64,000 bases of DNA, taken from positions 232,977 to 296,976 of the forward strand of contig CAZIWN010000001.1 in assembly GCA_964543265.1 (NCBI GenBank), read 5' to 3'. This document shows positions 1-10,127 of this stretch, one piece after another. The DNA is from an uncultured Candidatus Saccharibacteria bacterium. GTDB taxonomy: Bacteria > Patescibacteriota > Minisyncoccia > UBA6257 > 1-14-0-10-40-38. The translations under genes were made by a program, and so were the position numbers. The first letter of the stretch is position 1. Every line of letters starts with the position of its first letter. The notes under the pieces were generated by a model. The model was not told the DNA's origin. It made no database searches and was given only the letters and a program-made list of their open reading frames with translations.

Positions 1-1181
1 CAGATATCGACGACAAAATAATAAAAAGAGCTAAAGAACAAAACATAGATCCCTTAGATTTTGCCAAACTAATGACAAAGAATTATTTATCAGATATGAA
101 GTCTCTTGGCATAAACTCTGTCACCAAATATGCTCCGGCGACAAAATTCATCAAACAAATTGAATCTCAAGTAAATAATCTTATTAAAAAAGGATTTGCC
201 TATAAAATAGAAAACGATGGCTGGTATTTTGACATAAAAAAATTTCCAGAATACGGCAAACTTTCCCACAGAACAGCGCAAGGAGCAGAAGACTCAGTAA
301 GCAGAATTGATGATTCTGTATATAAACAAAGTAAGGGAGATTTTTGTCTTTGGAAATTTAAGCGCGATGGCGATCCTTTCTGGAAATCAAAAATTTTAGG
401 AGATGGCCGTCCTGGTTGGCACATAGAAGATACGGCGATTTCAGAAAAGTTCTTCGGACCTCAATATGATATCCACGGCGGAGGCTTAGATTTAAAGTTT
501 CCGCATCACGAAGCCGAAATCACACAACAAGAGTGCTCCTCCGGGCTCTCCCCTATGGTTAAAATTTGGATGCATAGCGGAATGCTCAATATTGAGGGTA
601 AAAAAATGTCTAAAAGTTTAAATAATTTTTTAACTATTCAAGATTATTTAAAAAATCACAGCACAGACTCTCTTAAATTACTAGTTTTTAGCACTCACTA
701 TCGTTCTTCTTTAGAATATTCTGATTCTTCAGTATCCCAAGCTGAAAACTCTCTAAAAACCATCAAAGAATTTTTAGTTAAAATAGATTTTTCTCAAAAA
801 TCAAAAGAAAAAGGAAATTTATCATTTGACCTTAAATCTTTTGAAGATAATTTCTCATCCGCCCTACAAAATGATTTAAATACTCCAGAAGCAATTTCTT
901 CTATTTTTTCTTTAATTAATGAAGTTAACAAGATTATTTGGAATTTAAATCTTATTTCCTTAAAAAATATACAAAAAACCATAAAAGACAAATTGGATTT
1001 GTTTGGTATTTCAACAAACTTAGACAAAGTACCTCAAAATATAAACAAGCTAGCCAAAGAACGAAAGTTATTAAGAGATTCTAAACAGTTTGTTAGAAGC
1101 GACGAGTTGAGAAAAAAAATAGAAGAGTTAGGATATAAAGTAGAAGACACGCCAAAGGGGCAAATAGTTTTCAAAAACTAA
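1..1181 (+). CDS. cysS: cysteinyl-tRNA synthetase, 5' truncated at window edge (frame open from nt 3)
   Basis: Class I aaRS motifs DIHGGGLDLKFPHHEAEI and KMSKS. The frame has no stop back to the window start, so the HIGH region must lie upstream. Confidence 0.8.
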   Translation, partial: DIDDKIIKRAKEQNIDPLDFAKLMTKNYLSDMKSLGINSVTKYAPATKFIKQIESQVNNLIKKGFAYKIENDGWYFDIKKFPEYGKLSHRTAQGAEDSVSRIDDSVYKQSKGDFCLWKFKRDGDPFWKSKILGDGRPGWHIEDTAISEKFFGPQYDIHGGGLDLKFPHHEAEITQQECSSGLSPMVKIWMHSGMLNIEGKKMSKSLNNFLTIQDYLKNHSTDSLKLLVFSTHYRSSLEYSDSSVSQAENSLKTIKEFLVKIDFSQKSKEKGNLSFDLKSFEDNFSSALQNDLNTPEAISSIFSLINEVNKIIWNLNLISLKNIQKTIKDKLDLFGISTNLDKVPQNINKLAKERKLLRDSKQFVRSDELRKKIEELGYKVEDTPKGQIVFKN

Positions 1182-1184
1182 ATC

Positions 1185-2534
1185 ATGACAAAAGTTCCTC
1201 CTCAAAATTTAGAAGCCGAACAATCTGTTTTGGGTTCATTAATGATAGATAAAGACGCCATATATAAAGTGGTTGATCTTTTATCTAGTGCAGATTTTTA
1301 CAAATCTTCACACGGCAAAATTTATGAAGCTATACTATCCATATATTCAAAAAATGATCCTATAGATATCTTAACCGTATCTTCAAAACTTAAAGAGATA
1401 AATCAATTAGATGAAGTTGGAGGATCAACATATCTCACCGATCTAATAAACGGAGTTCCAACATCATCCCATGTCGCCTATTACGCTAAAAAAGTTAAAG
1501 ATCAAAAAATATTAAGAGATCTCATCAGCGCTTCTTCCGATATAACAGAACAAGCATTCAACCAACCAGGAGACCTAGATGCAACCCTAGATGAAATAGA
1601 AAAGAAAATCTTTTCAATTTCTCAAAAAACAGTCACTCAAAATTTTACAGCCATCAAAGACGAGCTTCATTTAGCATATGAAAGAATAGAAGCCCTACAT
1701 CGCGGAGACGGACAATTAAGAGGAGTTCCTACCGGATTTCAAGAATTAGACAACATTCTTTCCGGTCTTCAAAAATCAGACTTAGTTGTTTTAGGCGCCA
1801 GACCATCTTTAGGAAAAACCTCTCTAATGTTAGACATTGCCAGACAAGCAGCGGTTCATCACGGACAATCAATTGGAATATTTTCTCTTGAAATGTCGCG
1901 CGAACAAATAATTGATCGTTTAATTTCTGCAGAAGCTCAAGTCCCTCTTTGGAAACTTCGCACAGGAAGGCTTTCTGATGACACAGATTTCGAACTTATT
2001 CAAAAAGCCCTAGACACTTTATCAAAGGCCAATATCTATATAGACGACACTCCGGCGCCAAATATTTTGCAAATGAGAGCCATGGCTCGCCGCCTTCAAG
2101 CAAATCACGGACTTCACATTATAATGGTAGATTACCTCCAATTAATTCAACCAAGAGTTGGCAACGATAATGCAGTCCAACAGATCACAGAAATTTCTAG
2201 AGGATTAAAAAATCTAGCCAGAGAATTAAAAATACCAGTTCTAGCACTCTCCCAATTATCTCGCGCAGTCGACCAAAGAGACGTTAAAGTTCCTAGACTT
2301 TCTGACTTAAGAGAATCTGGATCTATCGAACAAGACGCAGACGTTGTTATGTTTATTTACAGAAAAGACAGAGATAAAATGTCTCTATCTCCAGAAGAAG
2401 AAAATATGGCGGAGGTTATTATTGCTAAACATAGAAATGGACCACTAGGAACCGTTAGATTTAAATTTGACGCAGAAAAATCATCCTTCAAACCGATAGA
2501 TAAAATGCACATCGCGCCACCAGAGGGTTTTTAG
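1185..2534 (+). CDS. dnaB: replicative DNA helicase DnaB
   Basis: N-terminus NLEAEQSVLGSLM. Walker A GARPSLGKTS. RecA-like C-domain with ALSQLSR. 449 aa. Confidence 0.9.
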   Translation: MTKVPPQNLEAEQSVLGSLMIDKDAIYKVVDLLSSADFYKSSHGKIYEAILSIYSKNDPIDILTVSSKLKEINQLDEVGGSTYLTDLINGVPTSSHVAYYAKKVKDQKILRDLISASSDITEQAFNQPGDLDATLDEIEKKIFSISQKTVTQNFTAIKDELHLAYERIEALHRGDGQLRGVPTGFQELDNILSGLQKSDLVVLGARPSLGKTSLMLDIARQAAVHHGQSIGIFSLEMSREQIIDRLISAEAQVPLWKLRTGRLSDDTDFELIQKALDTLSKANIYIDDTPAPNILQMRAMARRLQANHGLHIIMVDYLQLIQPRVGNDNAVQQITEISRGLKNLARELKIPVLALSQLSRAVDQRDVKVPRLSDLRESGSIEQDADVVMFIYRKDRDKMSLSPEEENMAEVIIAKHRNGPLGTVRFKFDAEKSSFKPIDKMHIAPPEGF

Positions 2535-2548
2535 TTTTAATTTTACTT

Positions 2549-3169
2549 TTGATATTTAACTTTATGTATCCAGAACCAATTAAGAAAATTTCTAAAATAT
2601 TATCAGAATTTCCCGGCATTGGCCCCAGACAAGCCATAAGAATAGCTTTTTATTTAGCCAACCAAGGAAAAAACCTTGCGAACAACCTAGAAGAAGCACT
2701 AGAAGAATTAGGACATATAAAAATCTGCAAAGAATGCTTTTCTTCTTTCGAATTATCTAAAGGTGAAAACGGCCTTTGTCATATCTGCAAAGACAAAAAC
2801 AGAAAAGACAATATTATAGCCATAATAGAAAAAGAAACTGATTTAATCTCTTTAGAAAAAACAAAAGAATTTAAGGGAAAATATTTAGTTTTGGGAGAAA
2901 TTTCAAAAGACGGCATATTAAAAGGTGAGCAAAAATTAAGATTAAACTCGCTAAAAGAAAGACTGAGCAGCAATCCAGACAAGATCGAAGAGATAGTTTT
3001 AGCAATTAATCCTGGAACCTTAGGAGATATCGAATCTTCTCTGTTATTTAATGAATTAAAAAACTTCACCAATAAAATATCTCGCCTCGGACGAGGGCTT
3101 CCAACTGGCGGAGAAATAGAATTTGCTGATGACGAAACACTAAAAGGTGCCCTAGAAAATAGAAGATAA
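2549..3169 (+). CDS. recR: recombination protein RecR
   Basis: HhH motif EFPGIGPRQAIRIAF. C4 zinc finger CKEC..CHIC. Toprim-like C-terminus. About 200 aa. Confidence 0.9.
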   Translation: MIFNFMYPEPIKKISKILSEFPGIGPRQAIRIAFYLANQGKNLANNLEEALEELGHIKICKECFSSFELSKGENGLCHICKDKNRKDNIIAIIEKETDLISLEKTKEFKGKYLVLGEISKDGILKGEQKLRLNSLKERLSSNPDKIEEIVLAINPGTLGDIESSLLFNELKNFTNKISRLGRGLPTGGEIEFADDETLKGALENRR

Positions 3170-3170
3170 T

Positions 3171-3197
3171 AAAATCAGGACTTAAGTCCTGATTTTA
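3171..3197. terminator. bidirectional intrinsic terminator between convergent recR and rplU
   Basis: Hairpin aaaatcaggacttaagtcctgatttt with A/T runs on both sides. Confidence 0.6.
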
Positions 3198-3201
3198 TTA
3201 A

Positions 3202-3513
3202 TTATGCGGTAATTTTTGTGATCTGTATTTGAGAATAATTCTGTCTGTGTCCCTTTTTCTTTCTTTGTCTTGTTTTTGAGTGGTATTTAAAGACAATAAC
3301 CTTATCAGCCCTACCATTATCCAAAACCTTAGCTTCAACTTTAGCGCCAGCAAGAATAGGCTTACCTATTTGTATATCAGCACCCTTTATTACAGCCAAA
3401 ACCTGATCAAACATAAAAACCTCTCCCGGTTTTTTTTCGAGTTTTTCTATTTTTAACTTTGCCCCTTCGGCAACTTTATATTGTTTTCCTCCTGTTTTTA
3501 TAACTGCGAACAT
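3202..3513 (-). CDS. rplU: 50S ribosomal protein L21
   Basis: MFAVIKTGGKQYKV start. 103 aa. Confidence 0.9.
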   Translation of the reverse strand: MFAVIKTGGKQYKVAEGAKLKIEKLEKKPGEVFMFDQVLAVIKGADIQIGKPILAGAKVEAKVLDNGRADKVIVFKYHSKTRQRKKKGHRQNYSQIQITKITA

Positions 3514-3578
3514 ATTTTTATTCTAAATAATTTTCACTCCTTTTAATTCGTAATTTTAAACGCTTAAATTCTCCTTAT

Positions 3579-3947
3579 TTAGTTGGTTAATATGATAACA
3601 GATGTAAAAACTAAAATCAAGAGAAATAAAGACATTGTTGCAAAAGCCATTAATTTAGCTAAAAAAACGTCATTTTTATAAACCCTTCTAGATATAAATA
3701 AATTTAACAACAGAATAAAAAAGAAAAAAGCATATAACAAACCAATCTCTGTTTTTGAAAAAATATATTTTGAATAACCAGTCAAAGCCTTGATAACTAT
3801 ACTAAATTCACTACTCAAAAAATGAAAATAACTTAAAAAAAATGAAATCAATAAAACAATAAAAGATGCCACAAAACAAGATCTTATAAATCTATTTTCT
3901 TTTAAAAAAATGAATATTTTCAATGATGCTATATTTTTAAAAAACAT
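3579..3947 (-). CDS. hypothetical multi-pass membrane protein
   Basis: 122-aa ORF with 3-4 hydrophobic helices. No recognisable family. Confidence 0.35.
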   Translation of the reverse strand: MFFKNIASLKIFIFLKENRFIRSCFVASFIVLLISFFLSYFHFLSSEFSIVIKALTGYSKYIFSKTEIGLLYAFFFFILLLNLFISRRVYKNDVFLAKLMAFATMSLFLLILVFTSVIILTN

Positions 3948-4020
3948 ATTAATTTAAACTTACCAGCTATTAACATTCAATATTTTATGAAAAAACAAAT
4001 ACATTATATAATAATAACTA

Positions 4021-4353
4021 ATGGACAATCTAAATCAAGAAAATAATTTTGGCCAAGAGCCGATACAAAGTTTGAATCAAGAAAAAAAACCAACCATTAT
4101 AGTTATTTCAATAATAGGCGCCTTGTTTATTGTCGGAGCTGTATTGGGTTTTATATACATAAAAAAATCAAAACTCGGCAACGCTCCATACGGAGAAGTT
4201 ATTAATAAAACCTATACCAAAGAAGAAGTCTTGGATTCGATGAATGATAATCTTGTTAGAATTGAAAATCCAGCTATAGACCAAAAAGTTTTAAATAGCT
4301 TATCTGGAACTCCTAAAAAAACAACAAAAACGTCTAATACAATAAAAAAATAA
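4021..4353 (+). CDS. hypothetical single-pass membrane protein
   Basis: 110-aa ORF with one TM helix (IIVISIIGALFIVGAVLGFIYI) and a Lys/Thr-rich tail. Confidence 0.35.
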   Translation: MDNLNQENNFGQEPIQSLNQEKKPTIIVISIIGALFIVGAVLGFIYIKKSKLGNAPYGEVINKTYTKEEVLDSMNDNLVRIENPAIDQKVLNSLSGTPKKTTKTSNTIKK

Positions 4354-4362
4354 AGCAAAGAT

Positions 4363-4989
4363 ATGAATTGGGAAAAAACTAAAAAAATAATAGAAAGTCT
4401 TATAGCTGTAGCTGTCGTTTTTGCTGTCGCAAATAGCGCAAGAGGAGGCTGGAACAATAAGCCACCATCCGCTCCAGACAATAATCCAGTAGAGTTTGTA
4501 GATATCGGAACAAAAAACCAGTTAAAAGAAGGCTATCTTTATCTTAACTATGACGGAGAATTAAATGTACCAGGAACCGCACCAAGCGGATTAATTGTCT
4601 TCGGAGATCCGACTAATGGTAAGGTTGGTGTTGGAACCATCACCCCGACAGAAAAACTTGAAGTAGCCGGAAATGTTAATATAAATAAAACATCAGGAAA
4701 TCCAGATGGAGTCATTATTGCAAATGACACAATCGGTAACTGGGCCAGTAAAGATAGTGTTCTTAGGAAGTTTGATGATGGATTAATGTATTGGAGTCAG
4801 CCAGTGCAATGGCTGACTTTAACAAGCGATCATGCCAGTGGCCTTGACTGCCCAAACGGACTACCAACTCCAGCATCTTGTTCTAGTATTGGATACAAAG
4901 AATACAAAACAAATCCAAACATTGGCGAAATTTGCGTAAATGACACGACAAGTAATTACTCTTATTGGGTCAGAAATTGCTATAAATAA
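4363..4989 (+). CDS. secreted/anchored hypothetical protein, paralog of the next gene, Cys-rich C-terminus
   Basis: N-terminal hydrophobic anchor. Motif GVGTITPTEKLEVAGNVNI shared with the next ORF. Six Cys in the C-terminal 60 aa. Confidence 0.5.
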   Translation: MNWEKTKKIIESLIAVAVVFAVANSARGGWNNKPPSAPDNNPVEFVDIGTKNQLKEGYLYLNYDGELNVPGTAPSGLIVFGDPTNGKVGVGTITPTEKLEVAGNVNINKTSGNPDGVIIANDTIGNWASKDSVLRKFDDGLMYWSQPVQWLTLTSDHASGLDCPNGLPTPASCSSIGYKEYKTNPNIGEICVNDTTSNYSYWVRNCYK

Positions 4990-4992
4990 ATT

Positions 4993-5580
4993 ATGAAAAA
5001 AATAAAAACAATATTATTTGTATCGTTTGGGGTAATTTTCGCCTCAATAATAATAGCCAAAGCTTTCACTGAACCAATCAACACATCAATAAATCAAAGT
5101 ATTAAGGTTCCAATTAATATTGGACAATCTCCTCAATTTAAAGAGGGAGGATTGGGTGTAAACTCTGGTAAAGCTGATAATGGATTAATTATAGTAAATA
5201 CAACATCTCCAGGAGCAGAGGGTTTTGGTATCGGAGTTAAGTCTCCGTCAGAAAAACTGCAAGTAGAAGACGGAAACATCAGAATCACTAACGGAAACAT
5301 AGTGACCCCCATTAGCGGATCGGGAATTATAGATAGTTATCTTACGGCAACCACAACAAGCACATCAACAATGCAATGGTCAAATATTGCTTGGCTTAGC
5401 ATCCCAAGAGTAGACATAGTAACTGGAAGTGGAGCAAATTGTCTTAAAATTTGGCCAAGTTGCCCAGCTGGTTGGACAGAATATTCTCAAGAAATTTTCA
5501 GTGACACCTGCGCTTTATATGATGGAACATATAAATATATGGCTACTCGCACTTGTTATCAAAATTTCAACCCAAACTAA
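4993..5580 (+). CDS. secreted hypothetical protein, paralog of the previous gene
   Basis: Signal peptide. Motif GIGVKSPSEKLQVEDGNIRI. C-terminal Cys pattern CLKIWPSCPAGW...C..C. Only 3 bp from the previous gene. Confidence 0.5.
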   Translation: MKKIKTILFVSFGVIFASIIIAKAFTEPINTSINQSIKVPINIGQSPQFKEGGLGVNSGKADNGLIIVNTTSPGAEGFGIGVKSPSEKLQVEDGNIRITNGNIVTPISGSGIIDSYLTATTTSTSTMQWSNIAWLSIPRVDIVTGSGANCLKIWPSCPAGWTEYSQEIFSDTCALYDGTYKYMATRTCYQNFNPN

Positions 5581-5617
5581 ACAATATAAAGCTTTTGTTT
5601 GAGTATTTATTATAAAA

Positions 5618-6553
5618 ATGAAAAGATACCTTAAGGCGTTTCTGATAATTTTAATTATAGGCCTTTTTTCTATAATCTTAGTTAAAAAATCACTAAGCGG
5701 ATCATCTGGAAATATTACTGGATGGGTGTGGAGCGGATCATTTAATGATCAATATAATGGTTGCATGTTTTCACCGGAAAACTGCGGAAATTCTGGCTGG
5801 GTTTCATTGTCATCCTCAAACGACTATGCAGGAAAAGATCCAAACGGAGCAACTTATGGATTAAACGTCCCTTCAACAGATGGACCCGTTACGGGATATA
5901 TTTGGAGCTCTAATCTTGGATGGATAGATTTCCAACCAATCAATGGATTTCCAACAACTGGATGTAAGCCAACCCCGTGCCCAGATTATGGCGTAAAAAG
6001 GGTTGGAGATGATTTTTTTGGTTGGGCCAAAATACTTAGCATGACTGGTGCGGATGAGGGTTGGATTAAATCATCTGGAATAGCAAATGATGGATCGAGT
6101 TATGGAGTAACGGTAGATCAAATAGCTCAAACCGTTAGTGGAAAAATGTGGTCAAACGACATAGGTTGGCTTGATGTTAACGGGACTTTTTCTAATCCAC
6201 CATGCGACCCAGCCACAGACCCATCCTGTGCCCCTCCGCAGATTGGTTTAAATTCAACATGCTCAGGAACACCAAATCCTGCATATATTTCAACCGGAGG
6301 CAATATAAACTGGAAAGCAACTGTAATTAGCGACGGGGTTCCTCCATACACTTATTCCTGGACATTCACACCGGCACCAGATAGTAAAACCGGCTCAAAT
6401 GATCAAATATCAGCCAAATATTCTGTTCCGGGTCTAAAATCAGCTACGGTTGAAATCCTAGACAGCGTTGGCAGTACAACCTCATCGACCTGCAATGTGG
6501 ATATGCTTAAAACTGGAAAAGTAAAAGAAACCATACCTCTTCCGTTAGAATAA
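5618..6553 (+). CDS. secreted hypothetical protein with internal G(W/Y)xWS..N.GW(I/L)D repeats
   Basis: N-terminal anchor. Four degenerate ~40-aa repeats (GWVWSGSFND.., GYIWSSNLGWIDF, GWAKIL..DEGWIKSSG, KMWSNDIGWLDVNG). Cys-rich. Confidence 0.5.
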   Translation: MKRYLKAFLIILIIGLFSIILVKKSLSGSSGNITGWVWSGSFNDQYNGCMFSPENCGNSGWVSLSSSNDYAGKDPNGATYGLNVPSTDGPVTGYIWSSNLGWIDFQPINGFPTTGCKPTPCPDYGVKRVGDDFFGWAKILSMTGADEGWIKSSGIANDGSSYGVTVDQIAQTVSGKMWSNDIGWLDVNGTFSNPPCDPATDPSCAPPQIGLNSTCSGTPNPAYISTGGNINWKATVISDGVPPYTYSWTFTPAPDSKTGSNDQISAKYSVPGLKSATVEILDSVGSTTSSTCNVDMLKTGKVKETIPLPLE

Positions 6554-6569
6554 TTTTTATAAATAAGAA

Positions 6570-6605
6570 AAATCCCCGCGCCACTAACCCTTCGGGGATT
6601 TTTTA
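6570..6605 (+). terminator. intrinsic terminator downstream of 5618..6553
   Basis: Stem atccccg ... cggggat followed by a T-run. Confidence 0.6.
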
Positions 6606-6609
6606 ATCC

Positions 6610-6645
6610 AAGCTTGCGAATACTACGAGGAGGAATAACAAAGTA
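6610..6645 (+). repeat. intergenic structured repeat, copy 1 (3' half only, truncated)
   Basis: aagcttgcgaatactacgaggaggaataacaaagta matches the second half of the consensus (..AAGC.ATGCGGATACT.CGAGGAG.AAC.ACGAAGTA). Confidence 0.6.
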
Positions 6646-6672
6646 GATCGCTATTAAAATTGAAAAGCTTTT

Positions 6673-6746
6673 GCGCTCCTAATGGGAATCGAACCCATGT
6701 TTATGCCTTGAGAAGGCAACGTCCTAGGCCACTAGACGATAGGAGC
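6673..6746 (-). tRNA. tRNA-Glu (anticodon CTC)
   Basis: Reverse complement folds as a cloverleaf with acceptor GCTCCTA/TAGGAGC, T-loop TTCGATT and anticodon loop TTCTCAA. Confidence 0.8.
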
Positions 6747-6755
6747 TATAATTAT

Positions 6756-8036
6756 TTACTGCCGAACCAGCTCGTCGACTATCTTATCCATTTTTATACC
6801 TCTCGACCCCTTAATTAAAACCAAATCACCCTCTTTAATCAAGTTTCTTGCCTCTAGGGACGCAGTTTCCGAATCTAGGTACCTCTTTACATTCTTTTTA
6901 TTAAAACCAGCCCCCAAAGCCCCCTCTTCAATAAATCTAGCCTCTTCCCCAACTATAAACAAATAATCAAAGACCTTAGAAGCATAAGAGCCAACTTTTC
7001 TATGAGCTTCCTCGCTAAACCTGCCAAGCTCTAACATGCTTCCCAAAAAACCAATCCTCCTTCCAGACCTATTAATAGACTCTACTCCCTCTATAGCAGA
7101 TAAATAAGAAGCCAATGAAGCATTATAAGAATCATCCATAATTATAGAATTATTAACTCCCCTTAGAATATTCATTCTACTATGCTCCGGAAGAAACACG
7201 TTGAGACCCCTAGTGGCTTCGACTAAATTCATCCCCAAAGACAGTCCGCAAGCAACTGCAACCGCCGAAGCATAAGCCACTGGTTTACCGAATGAATTTC
7301 TTATTCTAACCGGAATAAAACTACCAGCATATTCCAGTTTAAAATTAACTTCTGGTTCACCATTTTCACTTATATTACTTTCATAAGAAGATATTTTTAA
7401 ATCATTATCTTTATTAAATCCAAACAATAAAATTTTAGCTCTGGTTCTCTTTTTTAATTCCTGAGTCCTTACATCATCTCCGTTTAAAATGGCGTACTGA
7501 GAAACATAAAATCCTTCAATTAACTTAGCTTTTTCTCTAAAAACAGCATCTGCGTCCAAATACTTGCCGACATGAGCAGGCGTCTCGCCGATAAAAGTTA
7601 TAACTCCTAAATCGGGGCGTATTTTTGAAACTAATTTTTTTATATCACCCGGACCATCGGCTCCATATTCTAAAACCAAAAAATCTGGATATTTTTTATT
7701 CTTGAAAAGAATATTGAAAATTGCTTCAAAAAATATTTGAAAAAATATCTTAAACTTAAAAAATCCAGAAAAATCCATATCTTCACCGGATTTACTTATA
7801 GCAACTAAGCTATCTGCTTTTAAACTCGAAATTACGGTTATAGGTAAGCCTACTTCATTATTAAAACTGCCAAAACTAGCCCTCACGTTGTATTTCGTGG
7901 ACAAAACAGCCTCGACAGCATTCTTGGCTGAAGTTTTACCAACAGAACCAGTTATTCCTATTACAAACGGTTTATATTTTCTAATAGTTAAACCAGCTAA
8001 AAAAAACAAAATATTGCTTAAAAATCTATTTTTCAC
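6756..8036 (-). CDS. murF: Mur ligase family, most like UDP-MurNAc-tripeptide--D-Ala-D-Ala ligase
   Basis: ATP-binding motif GITGSVGKTS. Mur ligase middle and C-terminal domains. Sits in the dcw cluster next to ftsI. Confidence 0.65.
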   Translation of the reverse strand: MKNRFLSNILFFLAGLTIRKYKPFVIGITGSVGKTSAKNAVEAVLSTKYNVRASFGSFNNEVGLPITVISSLKADSLVAISKSGEDMDFSGFFKFKIFFQIFFEAIFNILFKNKKYPDFLVLEYGADGPGDIKKLVSKIRPDLGVITFIGETPAHVGKYLDADAVFREKAKLIEGFYVSQYAILNGDDVRTQELKKRTRAKILLFGFNKDNDLKISSYESNISENGEPEVNFKLEYAGSFIPVRIRNSFGKPVAYASAVAVACGLSLGMNLVEATRGLNVFLPEHSRMNILRGVNNSIIMDDSYNASLASYLSAIEGVESINRSGRRIGFLGSMLELGRFSEEAHRKVGSYASKVFDYLFIVGEEARFIEEGALGAGFNKKNVKRYLDSETASLEARNLIKEGDLVLIKGSRGIKMDKIVDELVRQ

Positions 8037-8044
8037 TCTATTTC

Positions 8045-9730
8045 TTATTTATTCTTAATATCTGAAAGATTATCGGGCGGAACGTTAAAATATTCAAGAA
8101 GGTATCCCATTATATCCCTAAAGGCAGGAACAACGGTAACTCCGGCCAATGGACCTATTTCTGGCCTATCTATTTTTACCAAAACGGTTAACTTTGGATC
8201 TAATGCTGGAGCAAAACCTATAAATGTGTGGATATAAGCATTTTCTTCGTAACCAGAAGACTTAAGTTTAGAAATTTGAGCGGTTCCAGTTTTCCCAGCA
8301 ACATTATATTTAGGTATTTCAGCATATTTACCATTAATAACCGCCTGTATCATCATATCCCTAACCTTGGCAGATGTCTCACTAGAAGCAACGCGTCTTA
8401 CTACTTCTGGTTTTTCTGATTTGAAAATCAATGGACGCATAAGATTTCCCCCATTAGCAATTGCAGAAAAAGCACTGATCATTTCGATAGGAGTAACAGC
8501 AACACCCTGACCGAAAGATGCCGTAGCAACATTTATTTCCGGAACATCGTCCCCATCAAGAGATTTTAAATTACCCCTAATTTCCCCAGGTAAACTTATT
8601 CTTGTTTTTTCTCCAAAACCAAAATCATTAATAAATTTCTTAAATAAATCCTTTCCCAAAAGAGATGCAACATAAGCCGCACCAGTATTGATCGAATGAC
8701 CTATAACTTCCGTCATAGAAACCTTACCATAAGCCGTCTGATTAAAATTAGTAATCTTTTTCTTATTCAGAAGAAGAAATCCTTTATCAAAAAAAGTTGA
8801 TTCTGGTGTTATTTTTTTCTCCTCTATGCCAGCGAACATAGTAATTGGCTTCATAACAGATCCAGGCTCATATAAAAGCTGAATAGCGGGATTTATAAAA
8901 TTAGCTAATGGATATTTACTATAACTATTTGGATCAAAGCTGGGATAATTTGCTAAAGCCAAAATCCTACCTGTTTTTGGATCCTGAACAATAACCGAAC
9001 CGGAAGTAGCCTTCTTATCAACAACAACTTTTTCCAAAACTTCTTCAACCTTAGATTGGATATTTCTATCTATATTTAAAACAATATCTTCCCCAGATTT
9101 TCCAGGTAAAAGAACATTATCTTGAGATACCCCACTTTCACCATTCAAATCATCATTAAATAGACTTTCTATACCATATCTTCCTTTAACCTCATCATCT
9201 TCTCCGCTTGGACCAACAAATCCTATTACATGAGCAGCAAGTTTTTCGTATGGATAATATCTAGCTTCTCTTGAATCTATATAAACACCCGGCAAATTCA
9301 AATTTTGAACCTTTTCACCCTCATAATCAGACACCTTGAAAGCTATCTCTTCATAAAGATCATTTTTCTTTATTAATTTATTGGCTATCTTATTCTTATC
9401 CAAAGAAAGCGTATCTGAAAGAATTTCTGCTGTTTCTTGAGCATCAGCTATTTCTGAAGGTACAGCGTATATATATTTATATGGCTTATTTACGGCGGCT
9501 GGAATTAAATTATCATTTTTATCAGTAAAATAAATCTCTCCCCTCTTAGCTAAGGAATTTTTTAATCCCTTAAATTGGGCAAATGCTTTTTTAAAATAAA
9601 CATCTCCCTGGCTTATTTGAATCTTATATAAATTAGCTCCTAAAATAAAAAATAGGCTCAAAAAAACGCCTATCAAAAAAAACATTCTAAATTTTATATG
9701 ACTTTTCGTTTTAAAATTATGACTTTTCAT
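8045..9730 (-). CDS. ftsI: penicillin-binding protein 2 / FtsI-type transpeptidase
   Basis: N-terminal TM anchor. Active-site motifs SVMK, SIN-like and KTGTA. Sits in the dcw cluster. Confidence 0.8.
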   Translation of the reverse strand: MKSHNFKTKSHIKFRMFFLIGVFLSLFFILGANLYKIQISQGDVYFKKAFAQFKGLKNSLAKRGEIYFTDKNDNLIPAAVNKPYKYIYAVPSEIADAQETAEILSDTLSLDKNKIANKLIKKNDLYEEIAFKVSDYEGEKVQNLNLPGVYIDSREARYYPYEKLAAHVIGFVGPSGEDDEVKGRYGIESLFNDDLNGESGVSQDNVLLPGKSGEDIVLNIDRNIQSKVEEVLEKVVVDKKATSGSVIVQDPKTGRILALANYPSFDPNSYSKYPLANFINPAIQLLYEPGSVMKPITMFAGIEEKKITPESTFFDKGFLLLNKKKITNFNQTAYGKVSMTEVIGHSINTGAAYVASLLGKDLFKKFINDFGFGEKTRISLPGEIRGNLKSLDGDDVPEINVATASFGQGVAVTPIEMISAFSAIANGGNLMRPLIFKSEKPEVVRRVASSETSAKVRDMMIQAVINGKYAEIPKYNVAGKTGTAQISKLKSSGYEENAYIHTFIGFAPALDPKLTVLVKIDRPEIGPLAGVTVVPAFRDIMGYLLEYFNVPPDNLSDIKNK

Positions 9731-9808
9731 CCTAAATATTTTAAGAAAATGAAAACTGCTTCCAAAAACTTAAATAAAAATGGAAACTATTTTATTAAAA
9801 ACAAATTT

Positions 9809-10117
9809 CTAGTTCTGACTAGCTAATTTTAAACTATCTGTCTCGATATACAAAGGGGACTTTTCTAACACCAATCCTAAAAGTTTAGAATTAGCATTTT
9901 GAGCAGTAGAATTATTGTATTCATCTAAAGATTTAACTAATTCAAAATTTTTAGACTTCTCATTTTTTAAGCTTTCTTGGAGATTAGCAGAAGAGTTTCT
10001 TAAATTCATCGCAATATTATAGTTGTAAACCAAGATTGATAAAAAAGTTAAAGCTCCAACAACCAAAAAACTATTTATCCACATCATTATTCCTATTTTT
10101 TTATTTTTTAAATTCAT
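9809..10117 (-). CDS. FtsL/DivIC-like septum protein (small bitopic coiled-coil protein)
   Basis: 102 aa with one TM helix and a coiled-coil tail. Lies between rsmH and ftsI as in canonical dcw clusters. Confidence 0.4.
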   Translation of the reverse strand: MNLKNKKIGIMMWINSFLVVGALTFLSILVYNYNIAMNLRNSSANLQESLKNEKSKNFELVKSLDEYNNSTAQNANSKLLGLVLEKSPLYIETDSLKLASQN

Positions 10118-10127
10118 TTTTTTATTT

